Positions 11,867 to 26,396 are shown, numbered from the stretch's first letter. The stretch is DNA of 64,000 nt from Octopus sinensis (GCF_006345805.1 NC_043008.1:40052001-40116000), one strand, 5' to 3'. Numbers and translations are program-made. The notes: generated by a model not told the origin, from the sequence alone.

Positions 11867-11975
11867 TTTACAAAGACTAAGCTCTCAGGTCGATTTGTTC
11901 GACTAAAATGTGGTGCTCCAGCATGGCCAGAGTCAAATAACTGAAAGAAGTAAAAGAAGTAAAAGAATAAATGAT
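11867..11975 (+). mobile_element. SINE family D, 3' part
   Basis: tacaaaga..ggtcgatttgttcgactaaa..gtgctccagcatggcc..gtaaaagaataaa continues the SINE broken at 10504. Confidence 0.75.
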
Positions 11976-12692
11976 TAAAGAATATAACCCCATTCCTTCA
12001 TCTACTATTTTTACGACACATGGATCCCGCAAAAGTTGCTTCAACATAGTCACTAAAGATGCGCTGTTTACTATTCTTGTTTATTTTCACTTTGCATCAT
12101 TGAGCGAGTAGAATATACTCACGATTTGTTGAACTAAAATTTATTACGGATTATACTGAAATTCATTTCTAGTTCGAGTAGACGGCAGTATAAAAATGCT
12201 ATAACAATTCTAGTGAGTTGTTTAATTTGGCATTAAATGATGATGAATGGGTAATATTTCATCTCACTAATCAATCATATAATTTGTATGAAATATAAAT
12301 AATAATGTTTAATTTAAACTTATTTCAATGGATAGATTTAGCGTAACGATTGCTTAAATATATGACTAATAGTTCAATAAATTGATATTCAAAATTAACC
12401 CGTAGTCTTGAACAGTGTCTCGTTTCTCTCGAAATGTTCTTTAATTTTCAAACAATATAATGAAAATATTTCGTAAAATATGAGTAAGCTGAATCATACT
12501 ATGTCTAGGTTAAAATTAATAGAAACTGAATCAATACTAATTAAGAGTAGAATCTTGATTCTTGATATTAAGAAACCTGCATCGCTCTGCCGAGAAGGAA
12601 TATTGTTCTAGAATACACTTATGTCAGTCCCTTTCTAACACGAAATAAAAGTAAAAAGGAAAAGTAATATGCGTATATTTGAATGTGTGTGC

Positions 12693-12744
<52 letters not shown>

Positions 12745-12789
12745 ATCAAATGAAATAAATGAAAAACATATATGATAGATATATATATA

Positions 12790-12940
12790 TACAGACAATG
12801 TACATTTAAACACATAAGAGATAGCCATAACAGGACATCTCACTTACTCGCTAGAAAGAGTAGTTAACACTCCAAACTCTTTCTAGCGAGTCAGATGTCC
12901 TGTTATGGCCATCCCTTATGTGTTTAAATGCACACTGTAT
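12790..12940. repeat. ~150-bp foldback hairpin (MITE-like) within (TA)n
   Basis: catttaaacacataag..ccataacaggacatct..actcgctagaaagagt mirrored by actctttctagcgagt..agatgtcctgttatgg..cttatgtgtttaaatg; ~14-nt loop. Confidence 0.9.
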
Positions 12941-13083
12941 TTATATATGAATAATATATAGTCTATTGCCTAGATTTTTTCTTCTTGTTAGACCACTGGT
13001 AGAAAAAAATTTTTTGTTACCCTGAAATTTTTTTATATATACATATATATACATATGCATATACATATATATATATATAATAT

Positions 13084-13139
<56 letters not shown>

Positions 13140-13399
13140 ATTTATATATATATATATAAATTCACACACACGCACACACACACACACATTCACACACACG
13201 CCCACGCACACACATACACACAGAGCACATAAATTGATATGGTGTATCGAAATGTGAGGGTGCATGAAATTATGAACTAAATGTCTAAACACCCATATGT
13301 GCACTTATGTATAAACACATATGTTTCCATACACTCAGTCATGGTTTTCTGCACTTGTGCATCTTTCGAATGGTTACGGATATTCGCATAGATAGTAGT

Positions 13400-13900
13400 T
13401 ATTTACACATACCACTACAAAAACGCTCTGTCCCAGATTACTGTCAATGCGAAATCCAAAAAAGCATACCAACTGTGTTTTTGAAGACAAGCACGTGCAT
13501 AAATGCACTTTATGGAAATTATGATATTTTCTTTCTAAAAGACGGTGTACCGCCACACGATGTTGCCACGTGTGAGCTTACATAGATGAGAATTTGCAAG
13601 GACACTGACAGGAATGGGAGACACAGTTGTGTTCTCGCGTTCTCTTGATTTAACACTTGCACACGTTTATGACTGATTCCCTCTGAAGGAGGTCCTGTAT
13701 CGCAGAAAACTGGCAATGCTGACGCTCATTCGAAAAGAAATTGGTACGGCATGTGTAGCTATCCCACCGGTCACTTAGGCCGACGATGCCGAAACAAAAC
13801 TTCACCGTAGTAATAAGTGTCTTGAAGCTAATTGTCACCATTTTGAGCTCTTCTTTTAATTGTAGAGGTTACGGGTAATTTGTATTAAAATATCCCTGCA
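13400..13900 (+). mobile_element. Tc1/mariner-superfamily transposase C-terminal remnant (DD37D/maT-like)
   Basis: IFFLKDGVPPH (cf. FQQDGAPPH), SRSLDLT (cf. PRSPDLT), LKEVLY; ends atccctgca, like a decayed caccctgta TIR. Confidence 0.65.
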
Positions 13901-14609
13901 ATGTTATTTCTGCATGTTATTTTTTAAGTATGTATATATATTTTTGGCGCATTCTCTCTCTATATATAGTTTCTGGAAGCCACAATTTATGAATACGTAT
14001 AACGAAATTTTAAGAAGGTGTACTTATATACGTATTTACCTGTTTTTCTCTGGGCATATTTCATATACATATATAACTATGATGGGAAAACAAAGATAAA
14101 TACGTTTATAAGTTATGTAATAAAAGAGAAGTTAAATGAAATGTTGCAAATATGACTTCTTGAGCAACACCATCGCGTTAGCTACAATCGAAAAAAAGCC
14201 GTATATGTATTTATGTACATAAATATGTATATATACGCGTGTGCTTATTTACGTGTGTATGCGTGTGCGCGTGCGTTGGTCAGAAACCATATTTATTCTA
14301 TAATTTGTAAAAACAAAACATTATTTTATTACGCTTTAAGTCAAAACATCCAAAATAATTTAAACATTTTTACTGAAATATCAATATATATAAAATTATG
14401 AATAATTTACTTTTCACTTGTATATATATATATATTATTCCCTCAATATAGGAATAATGTCAACAATGATAAAGGTATTTATTTTCATTATTAGCAGAGA
14501 TATAAGGGGGAAATTATTCTTACGATTGTAACTATTCAGTAATTATTCTTTTTTTACTTCATTTTATCGATGTTCGTGTATCTGTTTTTGTTTTTGATGA
14601 CGCAATTTT

Positions 14610-14699
14610 TGTTGTTGTTGTTGTTGTTGTTGTTGTTCTTCTTCTTCTTCTTTTTTCTTATTATTATTATCATCCTCATTATCACTATTATTATTATTA

Positions 14700-14752
<53 letters not shown>
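14610..14752. repeat. (GTT)/(CTT)/(ATT)n microsatellite, tail or target of the adjacent RLE LINE
   Basis: Direct inspection. Confidence 0.9.
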
Positions 14753-14753
<1 letters not shown>

Positions 14754-14754
14754 C

Positions 14755-15880
14755 ATTTGCGTATGCACACAACAGATTAGTATGTTGGAAAATAAAAAAA
14801 GTCCTAACATCGAGCTACAACAATTAACCTTAGATACCGAGAACCCTCCTAAGTATCCCAGCTGTCCCTAATAACATTGTTTTCTGAAGCTGTACTAATC
14901 TGAGTTTTATGCCTCGTCTATCCATCTGTTAAGATCTTTAGAGATAGTTCCCAATGCACCTATAACAACTAAGATATATTTAACCCGAAATTTCCATAGT
15001 CTCTGTAATTAAATAGTTAGATCCTGGAACATTTCTATGCTTTCTATACTTCCCATATTGACTTTTAAATCACTTGGTACTGTTAAGTCAATTGTCTGGA
15101 ACGTTCTATTCTCTTTATCTACTACTCTTATCCAGGCCTTGTAGATTCTATTACAATGCCAGTCTGAATGTTGAAGTCGCACAACATCTAGTATTTCTTA
15201 CTTTGTAGCATGTTCACACCATTTATTAGTATGTTCAAATACTAGCTTTTTACATAACTCCCAGTGGATCACTCTCCATAGGTTGTGCTTTTACTTTATT
15301 CTTTCTGTGCCAGCATGCTACATTCACTTGCTATATAAGTAACGCTTTCCTCTTTTGATTTGCATAATCTACATTGAGAATCTACTTGTTTTTTTGTCTT
15401 TCATGGCTTTTAACCAATTAGCCCTTAATGCTTGATCTAGTGCGCTACTAACAAACTCCCTGCCTCCTTCTTCATCTTTCCTTTCGGCAACCATAATCAT
15501 ATCTCATTACAACTAATTGCTGAAACTATCTTTGGGAATCTACCATGCAACGCCTTCTCCTCTCAGTCCTGATACTTACTGTACCTTTTTCTTTTTTGCT
15601 TTTTAACTTCGTTTGGGTTTTTTGGTTTCCCTATGTCTTGCTGTGACTCTAGCAGCTTTTAATAAAATTTCTTTACTATTACCTACATACGAATCTATAT
15701 CTATTTTAACTAACTCCACGCAGTCTTCTACTGATAACCCTCCTCTGCCTTCCTTTTTAGGGAAGTATAAGCTTGCTACTCCTGCCTTTGGGTGGATTCC
15801 TCCATTCATATTGAATTCCTTCCTAGTTTTTCTGCCTTTGCTCTCCTTAATACTAAAGTGAAGGAGATCAAACATAAGAA
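14755..15880 (-). mobile_element. R4/Dong-type RLE non-LTR retrotransposon, decayed 3' half
   Basis: Minus strand: HPKA...LY.PKKEGRGGL, ALDQAL, CRLCKSKEESV..IASEC.MLAQKE (zinc knuckle), IHWELC, DFNIQT, VIGALGT, LLGTAGILRRVL; 3' end abuts (AAT)n. Confidence 0.85.
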
Positions 15881-16045
15881 CATTATTAAAGGGGACAAAG
15901 ATATCCCCTGAAAAAAAAACCTTATGATATTAACTTTTCCTGAGAGTGTGTCACTTGAGTAGAGATCTACTCTCCATATCATCATGCTAAAGCTAATTAA
16001 TTCTCTAATGTTGTCTGCTATACTGAATATACACAAAAGATGCGT

Positions 16046-16262
16046 GTCTTTATGAGCGAAACACCTAAGCTCCACGCGGCTCCAGCAGAAGGTAATGGCT
16101 AACTTCTACTGACTCTTTCGCTACAACTTTCTCTCACTCTTTCCTCCTGCATCCTGCAACTCACTTGCGACGGACCGGCATCCTGTCCAGGTAGGGAATC
16201 TATACGCCAAGGAAACCGGGAAACCGGCACTTATGAGTCAAGGATGGTTCGAGAAGGAACAA
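16046..16262 (+). mobile_element. SINE family B, 5'-truncated
   Basis: gagcgaaacacctaagctccacgcggctcc...ggaaaccgggaaaccgg; homologous to 44458-44732, 28736, 54616 and 59839. Confidence 0.8.
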
Positions 16263-17079
16263 ACTGCATCTACAAGTGTATCAAAGGATTCATAGACTTT
16301 AAACACAAAATGTGATTAATAGATATTAGTAAAGATAAATTAGTAAATTGAAAAGAGCAATACTCAGGGAAGACTTAACTAACACCATGAAGAATAGGCA
16401 GCTTTAACTAGAGAGGAAACACTTTAGCAAAATATTATACAATGTACAAGTAGAGAGAAAACGGTTGCCGGGCCGACCAATAAATAGAATACAGAAGGAA
16501 GTGGGAAAATGCCGCAAAAGTGAACTTAGGAAACGTTTTAATTAGAATTTAAAACTTAACCAATAAAATATCAACGTAGAAAAGAAAGAGTAGACTTTAC
16601 CGTCTTCAGAAGCATTTTGAGTACTGGGAGAAACCAGTTAGCACATGAAGATCTCAATGGCGTGAAACCTGCGTCGTAAAAAAACATAAATCAACCTAAT
16701 ATCTTCTCTATATTAGCACTCTCGTTTTATTTCTTTTATTATGTTTATGTATTTAGACAACGTAATTTTAAAAAAAGTCGTTAGAATTTCACATAATAAC
16801 ATGAAGTAGATGGTTAACTATATAGAAAACCCAATTACTAGTAAAACGTTATTGAAATATAAAATAATTGGATGTTGTTTATGAGGAATTTTGTCTGGCA
16901 AGTATTACTTCAGTTTGATAATGCCAAGAATTCTTATTTAGTTATTTGAAGAAAATTTCTCAGCATCTTTCATATAAACATTATCTATTTAACTTTGTAT
17001 CACACTTCAAATTATGGAAATATTTTCTTTACAAAATACTTTCTCTGGTTGGACAAAAGTATACTACACCTGCATATTC

Positions 17080-17127
<48 letters not shown>

Positions 17128-17325
17128 TATATATATCTATATATATATATATATATATATCAAGTAGAGTCCAGAGTAATCCATAGGTAGGAGAGGTGCA
17201 GCCGGAGTGTAAAAAGTCCAAAGAGAATCCGTAAATTGTAGAAAGGTAGAAAGACCAGTGGAGAAGTTCGTGGGTGATGAGAGGAGACAGGATCAACTGG
17301 TGCGACAACGTGACCGTGTGATATA

Positions 17326-17704
17326 TAGGGAGAATTCACGAAAAAAGCAAAAGACGAACATAGGTGGTGTAGAAAACAATTAGATGTATTAGTATAACGC
17401 TCGGGTATTGAAAAAGTCTTTAACGTTTCCAGTTTACGCTCTTCCACAGGAAGGAACAAGAGAGAAACAAGGAGAGAAACAATTAGAGAAAAAAATGTGT
17501 GTAGTCGCTCGCCATGATAGATCGGTAGTCACTACACGCATTTTTTCTCCCCTCGTTTCTTTCCTTGTTTCTTTCTGTATTCAACTCTGTGGAAGAGCGT
17601 AAGCTCGAAGCGGTAAAGACATTTTCGCTTCCCGAGCGTGAAACTAATACATCTGTTTGTTGTCTACACCACCTCTCTTCTTTTGTTTTTTCGTGAATTC
17701 TCCC

Positions 17705-17706
<2 letters not shown>
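17326..17706. repeat. ~380-bp imperfect palindrome made of two inverted copies of a TA-anchored element, each with a hammerhead-like motif
   Basis: tagggagaattcacgaaaaaa...gagaaaaaaatgtgtgtagt mirrored by actacacgcattttttctc...ttttttcgtgaattctcccta. Confidence 0.85.
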
Positions 17707-17739
<33 letters not shown>

Positions 17740-19049
17740 CAAATACACGCGCACATATTTGAATGCATACACACTCACGCGCACAAGCATAAGACACAGC
17801 AAACCATGTAAGCAGATATAAACATATATATACGTACATATGCATAGACGCATGCGTGCACTGACATCTACCCCAAATCATAAAAATCCATATATATAAG
17901 GTTATTAAAACGTTCTTCCTTTTCGCAGTATCCACAACAATTTGCAAAATATTGATGGAGCGGCGATATGAAAGCTACTATACTGATGACTTCATATAGC
18001 CGATCCCTAAGCAGAGATAAAATGAGCAACGTCGATAGATATCAGTTTTACTACATCACTAGTAATTATTTATCCGAATTAAAGAAAGTCAGTTTCGTCT
18101 CTATAGTATTACAACCTAAAGATTACAGAACAGAACCCATATCTCGAGCTACTCTACCTGGGATTAATTTTGTTTCTAATGCAAGGAAACGAGGAAATAT
18201 TTATCTGAATACTTAAGTAAACGTTAAATATATGTAAGGAATTTGTGTAATTAAGGATTAATTACAGTTATGCATTTAGTTAGAAAGAAAATATGATTAT
18301 CTATAAAATAGATTCAGAGAAACACTTTTGAAGATGAGAAATTCATCATTTCTTTCCGCAGTAACATCCACTGCAATATCTAACAAGAATAGATTCTGTA
18401 TTAATAAAGATAATTACTGGTATTATTTGGTTACTCGGCAGTTGCGCTTGAGAATTACATAAAATGGAAGAGGAATATATTATTGCTCTTGAGTCATAGA
18501 TTAAGGTCGTTCCAGGAGGTCTATTATCAAAGAGGTTGTTGGCTGTCTGTCTTGATATTCATTCAATGTTTCGAGCACAAAATCATTTATTTTGTCAATG
18601 AAAGTCAATGGATTTCATTTAAGAACAAATCTCCATTACTGCAAAGACGTGTATTGATGGTGAAGAAGACCGTCAACGGCTATCATTGTGTATGTTATTA
18701 CTCAGCGTGAAGAAGGAAAGAATACATCTTCACCTAATATCTGACTGGATTTATATGATGTAAGGATCTCTTGACTATTTCTTGAGGATTCACCAGATTG
18801 CGCAGTCATCGGCAGTTTGAGGCAAATATGCGAATTACCTTTCTTGTACAACTAATTCAAACGAATGGTAATAAACGATGTTCCAAGTTATTTTGTCTAA
18901 CCTTCGCTTTATATTTATCTCAAGGTTGATGAAGGCAATCATAACGAGACTTAGTTTCCTTGAGTTTTTATTTTGACATATTTAACAATTAATATCTACA
19001 TATGTACCTTTTTTTATATATTATTTTCGTATCACAAAATTTGAATGAA

Positions 19050-19856
19050 GTGTCAATTTCGTTAACCATGAAAATGATAAGGATGACAAAAATGATAATG
19101 AAGATTTTGATGAGGTTAATCATGAGAATAATGATGACGATGATGACGACGACGACGACGAAAGTTATGACGATGGTGATGATAATAGCAGTGGTGGTAG
19201 TAGTGGTGTTGTGGCTCCTGATGATGCTAATGACAGTGGTGCCGTTGATGACGATAACATCAGATTAATCACCAATAATAATGATTATCATTTTTATCAT
19301 TTTATCTTCCCCTCAATACAATTTTTTCATAATTCGAATCATCATTAAAATCATAACAATCAATGTTATCAATATCATCGACAAGTTATTGTATATTTTC
19401 TGTTATATTTTATTACATAAACATAAATATCTTCATTATCATAATCAACTTCATCAAATCCGGCATTACCACCATCACCACTACCAACATCATCTTCACC
19501 ACATATCATCATCAGCATTGTCATGGCCATAATCAATGTTAACATCACTGCTGTCATATTGTTCTTCATCGAGATATGTCATTGATATCCTCATCACGAT
19601 CATAATTATTATTATTATTATCATCAACCTATCTTTCAACAGCGTCGTCTTTGTTGTCATATTTCCTTCATCTCCTTCACCATTGTCTCATCATCATCAT
19701 CGTCGTCATCATCATCATCATCACCACCATCATCATCATCGTCATCTTCGTCGTCGTCGTCGTCATCGTCGTCGTCGTCGTCATCGTCGTCGTCGTTGTC
19801 ATCGTCGTCGTCATCATCTTCATCATCATCAGCATCAGCATAATCATTATCATCAC

Positions 19857-19904
<48 letters not shown>

Positions 19905-19989
19905 AATCACCATCATCATCATCATCATCATCATCAGCATAATCATTATCATCACCATCATCATCATCACCATCATCATCATAATCATT

Positions 19990-20071
<82 letters not shown>

Positions 20072-20090
20072 TCATCATCAACATCACAAT
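19050..20090. repeat. Compound trinucleotide microsatellite (ATG/ACG, then CAT/CGT)
   Basis: Direct inspection; source of the poly-H/R/D/I/M ORFs. Confidence 0.95.
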
Positions 20091-20357
20091 TACGTTTATG
20101 AACAGCTCTATGCCTGCTATGTTCATCTATTTCCAATCTCTCTCCGTTTTACCGATAATATATTTCCACGAACAATAAGTCTAGTTACGTAATGTAGCAG
20201 AATAGGTATTAGTATGAAAATGAACAAAGAAACACTCATATATAGGGGCATCAGATTCTTATTCCATACCTTGAGAGCTGTTTTTTCTATGTATCCAGTT
20301 ATATCAGCGACGCTAAGAAAGCGCTTGTTTCATTTTGGACCTCACAAGGTTTATATA

Positions 20358-20688
20358 TTTATTCTTTTATTCTTTCACTTCCTTTAGTCATGTTGAATGT
20401 GGCCATGCTGGAGCACCGCCTTTCAGTCGAAGAAATCGTGACCTGGAATTATTCTTTGTAAGCCTGGTGCTTATTCTATTGGTCTCTTTTGCCGGACCTT
20501 TAAGTAAATACACCAACACGAGTTGTCAAGCTACGGTGGGGAAACAAACATTAGACACACAGATATATACATGTATGCGACGGGCTTCTTTCACTTTCCA
20601 TCTACCAAATCCTCTCACAAGGATTTCGTTTGCCCGTGGCTATAGTAGAAGACACTTGCCTAAAGTATCACGGAGTGGGACTGAACCT
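20358..20688 (-). mobile_element. SINE family D
   Basis: Reverse complement of the 10220/11867 pieces (ggccatgctggagcaccgcc, ctaccaaatcc, gtgggactgaacc). Confidence 0.8.
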
Positions 20689-20769
20689 ATATATATATAT
20701 ACATTAGTCTTTTACTGGTATCAACCAAGAGCTGGGGCTATGCGGAGCACCACCGTTCAGTGTTTTGAA

Positions 20770-20975
20770 GTCTCCATTCGGTACTGTTTTTGATGAAGCA
20801 GTGATTTGGATGAATCTGATTTTCTTTGTGTCGCCTATCTTTATTCAAACTGGGGTTTCAGAGAAATTTATCTAAGGGAAGTTTGAACGTTTCCACATTT
20901 ACAACTTGCGGATCGTATAAGTTCCTTGGCAGGATGTTAAACAGCTATGGTCTCCTGAGGGTAAAGCTGTCGCTT
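20770..20975 (-). mobile_element. CR1-like LINE 3' fragment
   Basis: Minus strand SFTLRRP*LFNILPRNL...ETFKLPLDKFL, the CR1 C-terminal LFN.LP..FK..LDKFL motif. Confidence 0.6.
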
Positions 20976-21404
20976 TACTGTGTGTAACGAATATAGTGTA
21001 TATATAAATAGGACAAATCTGTATACTGAAAAAAATGATAAAGAACCTTAATCAATTTCCCATCCTTATTGGGTTCTCATCAGAGCTGTGTACATCAATT
21101 TGTTCGATCCCAGAAAAAGAAGTAGCCACTATTTTTATATACTCAAGAAATCCAGTAGAGACAGTAAACCAGAGCCGCCAATTTGCATGACGCAATTTTT
21201 TCCCACTTAACATCAAGGGCCTACACCCCCCACACACACGAATACATACACACATATATTTATGCTTCTATGCAACGCACTTCATTTCCAGTACGGTTAA
21301 AAGGAGAATTTCACTTGAAGAGCCATGATATCTGTCGAATTCTACATCGAGGAAGCTGTCGATGCTCACAGCCAAAATGATTTGACCAATTATCATTACA
21401 TGAT

Positions 21405-21845
21405 TTAGATAGGTTTCGGCCAGTATAGGCCCAGGTCATGTTTAACTTAACAGTACCACCTGGTGAAGTCTTTTAGATCGTGATTCACACCTCAGTCATA
21501 GCCCATTCTAGCAAAGAGATTTTATTATTAGTGACATATCCGGGTGTAGGACGTTGGCCCGGAATTTTTTTGAGAAATTTGTCTTGAGAAGTTTTGAACT
21601 TAATGGGATCTGTTTCCGGTTTGATGTATTTTGGTATGTTATTAAAAAAGAGCTGGACCGGTTGAGATAAAATAGTTCGATTTTTGTGGTGGGCGGATAG
21701 CACGGGTGCTAAGTCTTGGGTGGATTTTAAAATTGATACCATCATTTGTGCAATATTGATGGAATACATTCCATTCAAATGATGGTATATTTTTAGTCAA
21801 ATAATGTAGCGTTCACGGCGGCGTTGGAGAGTATAGAGAAGGATG
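21405..21845 (-). mobile_element. CR1-like LINE 3' end
   Basis: Minus strand LYTLQRRRERYII, LFFNNIPKYIK..FKTSQDKFLKKIPGQ..PGY, followed by a short 3' UTR. Confidence 0.75.
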
Positions 21846-23234
21846 GTGGTGTGAGCATCTCTATACCCGAAAGTTCCCAGAATGTGCTTTAACCTGATGT
21901 GAACGATAGAAACCAAGCTTTGGTTATATATTCATATAAGATGAAAAAAAATGACCTTGTAACAAACTGTCATATTTTTAATTATCTCTGATATCATTAG
22001 CGATGAATCAATTTCATTTGAACTATGTTGAGATTGCTTAATGAACTCCCTACAAATATCACACTACACACTCCCCAGAGAAACGATATTTCATCGGAAA
22101 TTTACTTGGCTATTGTTTACCTCTGATGTGACATAAAGCGATGCAGAAAACGAATAAGTTTAACTTTTATGTGAAAGGTGTCTAACTAACGTTAACAAGG
22201 TGCTGTAGATTTTTGTCTGGTCAATACTTGAACACTTTTTTCTGCAATATTAATGTAACCTTTCTCCGGGGTAAAGCTATTTTTAATCTATTAATGAAAT
22301 TGGATTTTATTTTTCTTCCCTGATTAACACATTAAAAAATTCTGATTTCTGAAATGAAAACACCTTGATGAATGGCAAATCTATTATTGTACTTGGACTG
22401 GTGAGAAATTAGTGTTCTAGCCAAAACTATATCAAAGACTTACAGTGAAAGGTGTGATGATTCTCATAAAATATTGATTGATTGTCCAATCTTACACATT
22501 CTTTGTTGAAATTTGAGAATGGTTTCTTCTCACCTTTGGGAATCAGAGGAAAAACAGAACAAACTCAAGTTGTCGAAGTTATACTGAATTATGAAGTGAC
22601 ATGAACATTTCGCGAACAATTATCGGAAAATATCTGATATAACTCTGAAATACTTGTGACTGTAATTAAGTTTTGTTGCAAAAAAATGACTAACGTTGAT
22701 AAATCTTATCCGCAGTATTGTTTAACACTAAAGTAATCTAAAAATTAAAATATAATAAAATAAACCTATGTTAAATTTTCAGAATTGTGTCCCGGGTTTT
22801 GAATAACAGTTAGAGTAAAGTCTTAATACATAGAATACTTGATGTAGATTTGCTTCGAAAACAATTGAAAGAATATAAGTTCATGAACGGCAGTAATGTT
22901 CAGTGTTCCTTGGGGGAAATAAGAGTAAGAAGCATGTCAGTGTCATAAAAATAAAAACACTTCCAGATGTATAGAAACTTCGAATGTTTAATGACAAATG
23001 TAAAAACATGCGATTGCTCAGTTAATGAAAGTAAATGACCAGTAAAATGAAGTGATTTTAAAAATTAACAAACAATTACCCTCTTCGACTAAAATGCACG
23101 CTGGTGCCAGGCTTAGACAACAATAGTCCCAAATAATGCAGGAAATACTATACACCCAGTTAGGATTAACATGTAATTTTTATGTTATAACACCGACGTA
23201 AATAAAAAGAAAGAAACTTGTTTCTAATATTTTT

Positions 23235-23422
23235 TTCAAAATTTGGCACAAGACCGTCGAGTTTGGGGTAAGTGAATAACAACCACCCCTGTGCTCAACT
23301 GGTATTTTTTATGGACCCGGAAGGAAAAACAGCAAAGTCGAGCTCGATGTGATTTGAAGTCACAATGCAGACGGACGAAGCGTTTTGCTAGGCGTACTAA
23401 CAATTCTACTAGTTCGCCAACT
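23235..23422 (-). mobile_element. SINE family A (diverged)
   Basis: Reverse complement aligns by eye to 8761-8975 and 61599-61800. Confidence 0.6.
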
Positions 23423-25449
23423 TAAACTCCTATTTCTGACATTACTTCACAAAGTTTTCTACCTTACTAAGCGTTCTACTTTACAAAATGTTCCACTTTA
23501 CTAAGTTACTATTTCACTAAGTGTTCAGTACTTTCTGGTCATGAACATTTTCTAGTTTCTATACGACATTGAACACTGAGTTTTCTTACAGTACGTCATT
23601 GTTTTCCCAGCTGATATTTTGCCGTAGGATTTTCTGTACATCTCCATTCCACATCGGATGATGCTACGTTAGCAAATAAATATCAATCCTAATGCTTCAA
23701 AGATATACTCACCCCACACATACGCATAGATATGTAACATTTTCGAATGATTAAAATAGATCTTATTATCATCATCGGCGTTATTTGAATACAATTAATT
23801 TGAATGCATAATGAGAGAAAATATGTAATTTGCATTAACTGAATCCATCTCATATTTAGAAGGCCACAGATCTGCATGCTAGTCAATGGGAAAACATGTG
23901 AATAACCGGTGAGTAATTATATAGCTTAAACGTTGCCTTAGAATTAAGAAAGCTAAGACAAGAAATATTAAATTGATGATTGCTAGGATTTGATATTCCA
24001 AAATAATTTCCTTGAAACACACTCGTGAAAGCCATAAGTATTAGACCACCAAATGCAGTTTTCCACTTATATGAAGTGAGACGAACACACCTCTTCATAA
24101 ATAAAGTGTATTGAGTTGTATTAGTTGTTCTTTAGCAATTTGCCCTGACCAAGCACAAAGATACAGTTGATTCATTTTTCTACATTCACATTAGATTCTC
24201 TTCTAATTTGTCAGGCAGTAGACGTTGAATTATAGGTGATAATGCTTTTATTCTTAACTGGTCCAAGAACACCGTAAGGACGCAACGGCTCGGGTTCCGT
24301 AATTTAACCAAATAGCTGAATGTTCATACAAATGATAAATTGTGTTAATTAAAGCTTCCTTCAAGGCATTGACGACATAAGTTGAATAAACGTAATTAAA
24401 ATTGGTCGACAATTAAATTTATAACAATTATATATGATGAATGGAATAGATATCAAATAGATATGTTTAATCTTTCATATTTTGAAAGGATATCGTTGCC
24501 TTATTTATTTACTTCACGTTTCAATTTTGATAGTCTTCCTATATTTAAAACTGAATAGGAACCGTGACTCAAGCCTATAAATATTTTAAAAAATCAAGGC
24601 GAATTCTGAATTTCTCACGTATTAATACAATATAACATTGACTTAATCACCGACAATCTGAAAAACTTAATACATACAAGAATACAATGTTCTTGCAGAC
24701 ATTTAAGGTAAATATAAACCCCTTTTTTCAAAATATGTTGTCTGATAACAAAAATTATGAAATATAAATTTAAACAAGGCGTTTTCATAAAATTATTTTG
24801 TATGATGGAATGTTGTACAAAACATTAAGTAATATTTCTGGTCGTGTGGTAGAAGTTTGCTTTCAAACCATATAGATCCAGGTTCAGTCCCTCATCGATT
24901 TTTGTTGGCTTGTTGATGTATTGATACATTAATGATTCTGCAAAATAAAACCAATATAATTAGTACCCGGCATAGAATTAAAAAAAAACAACAAAAAAAC
25001 ACTGTGGTCGAATTGTTGAACAAAAACTCTTCAGGGTGGTGCCTTGGTATGGCAGTAATCTAATTACGGAAACAAATAAAAGATAAAAGATACAACTTAC
25101 AGCTTTATTCGTTTTTAAACAAACAGTAATCATACTAAAAATGCAACTGGACTTTTCAGTACTAATGTTTGTATAACTTGAAAATCTATCGCCTACCATT
25201 GATTTCTGATTTCGAGGAGTGCTGAATAATAGGAATTCCTATTATCTATTCTAAATATGGAATATCATCTCTTGTGATATTTTTATTTACTAATTGATCA
25301 AGCAAGAAAAAACAATCAAAACAAAAGAAAAAGAAACATTTATACTTGATATTAAACATTTCGTTTGGTGCTATTGTAAGAAAGTTATTTATGCAATGAA
25401 CCAATCCTAAATCTAATTCATAAACGTACATACGTACAATACTCCTCCG

Positions 25450-25815
<366 letters not shown>

Positions 25816-26299
25816 GTGCTTGTGAGCATGTGTCTGTATGTAAAACCAGGCAGAATAAGTAATAAAGTTTCACAACTTCATAATAACCTTTCCTGGACTC
25901 TATTACTATTCTTTTCAGAATCATCTAATAAGTAAAGATAAGTTATCCAATTATGTAATATACAAAAAACATTTAGCAAACGATAGCAACACCATTTGAA
26001 CCGAAAGGAAAGTACCACTCGTATTGAATACGCTTTGAAACTATTTTCTTAACGCAGCTATAGAAGAGTTAAACGGTTACAATAACTTTGTGTGACTCCT
26101 TGGCAAATAACACATCCGCAATAATGTCACAGTCTCTATTATACTCTACTCGATGACACCAAGCAGGTTTCACCTAGCAACGTTCACCTTAGATTTCTTA
26201 AAGACACGTAATGATCTAGTATAGAGTTACAGAAAAATTGTAGCAAATAATTCTCAAAGATGTATTTTGATATAGTATAAAAGAAAATTACTTTCTCTC

Positions 26300-26396
<97 letters not shown>

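Noticed and set aside
18490-18840. Possible pogo/CENP-B-like transposase relic on the minus strand (NLFDNRP)
   Set aside because: Single weak motif, not enough collinear support
19536-20192. His/Arg-, Asp-, Ile- and Met-rich ORFs of 149-218 aa
   Set aside because: All frames of one trinucleotide microsatellite; no complex coding sequence
21045-21092. Minus-strand CTGATGA...GAAA in a TA-flanked block
   Set aside because: Stems I-III do not pair properly; at best a heavily decayed motif
23445-23530. Short ~17-bp degenerate repeats as a CRISPR-like array
   Set aside because: No unique spacers; simple decayed minisatellite in eukaryotic DNA
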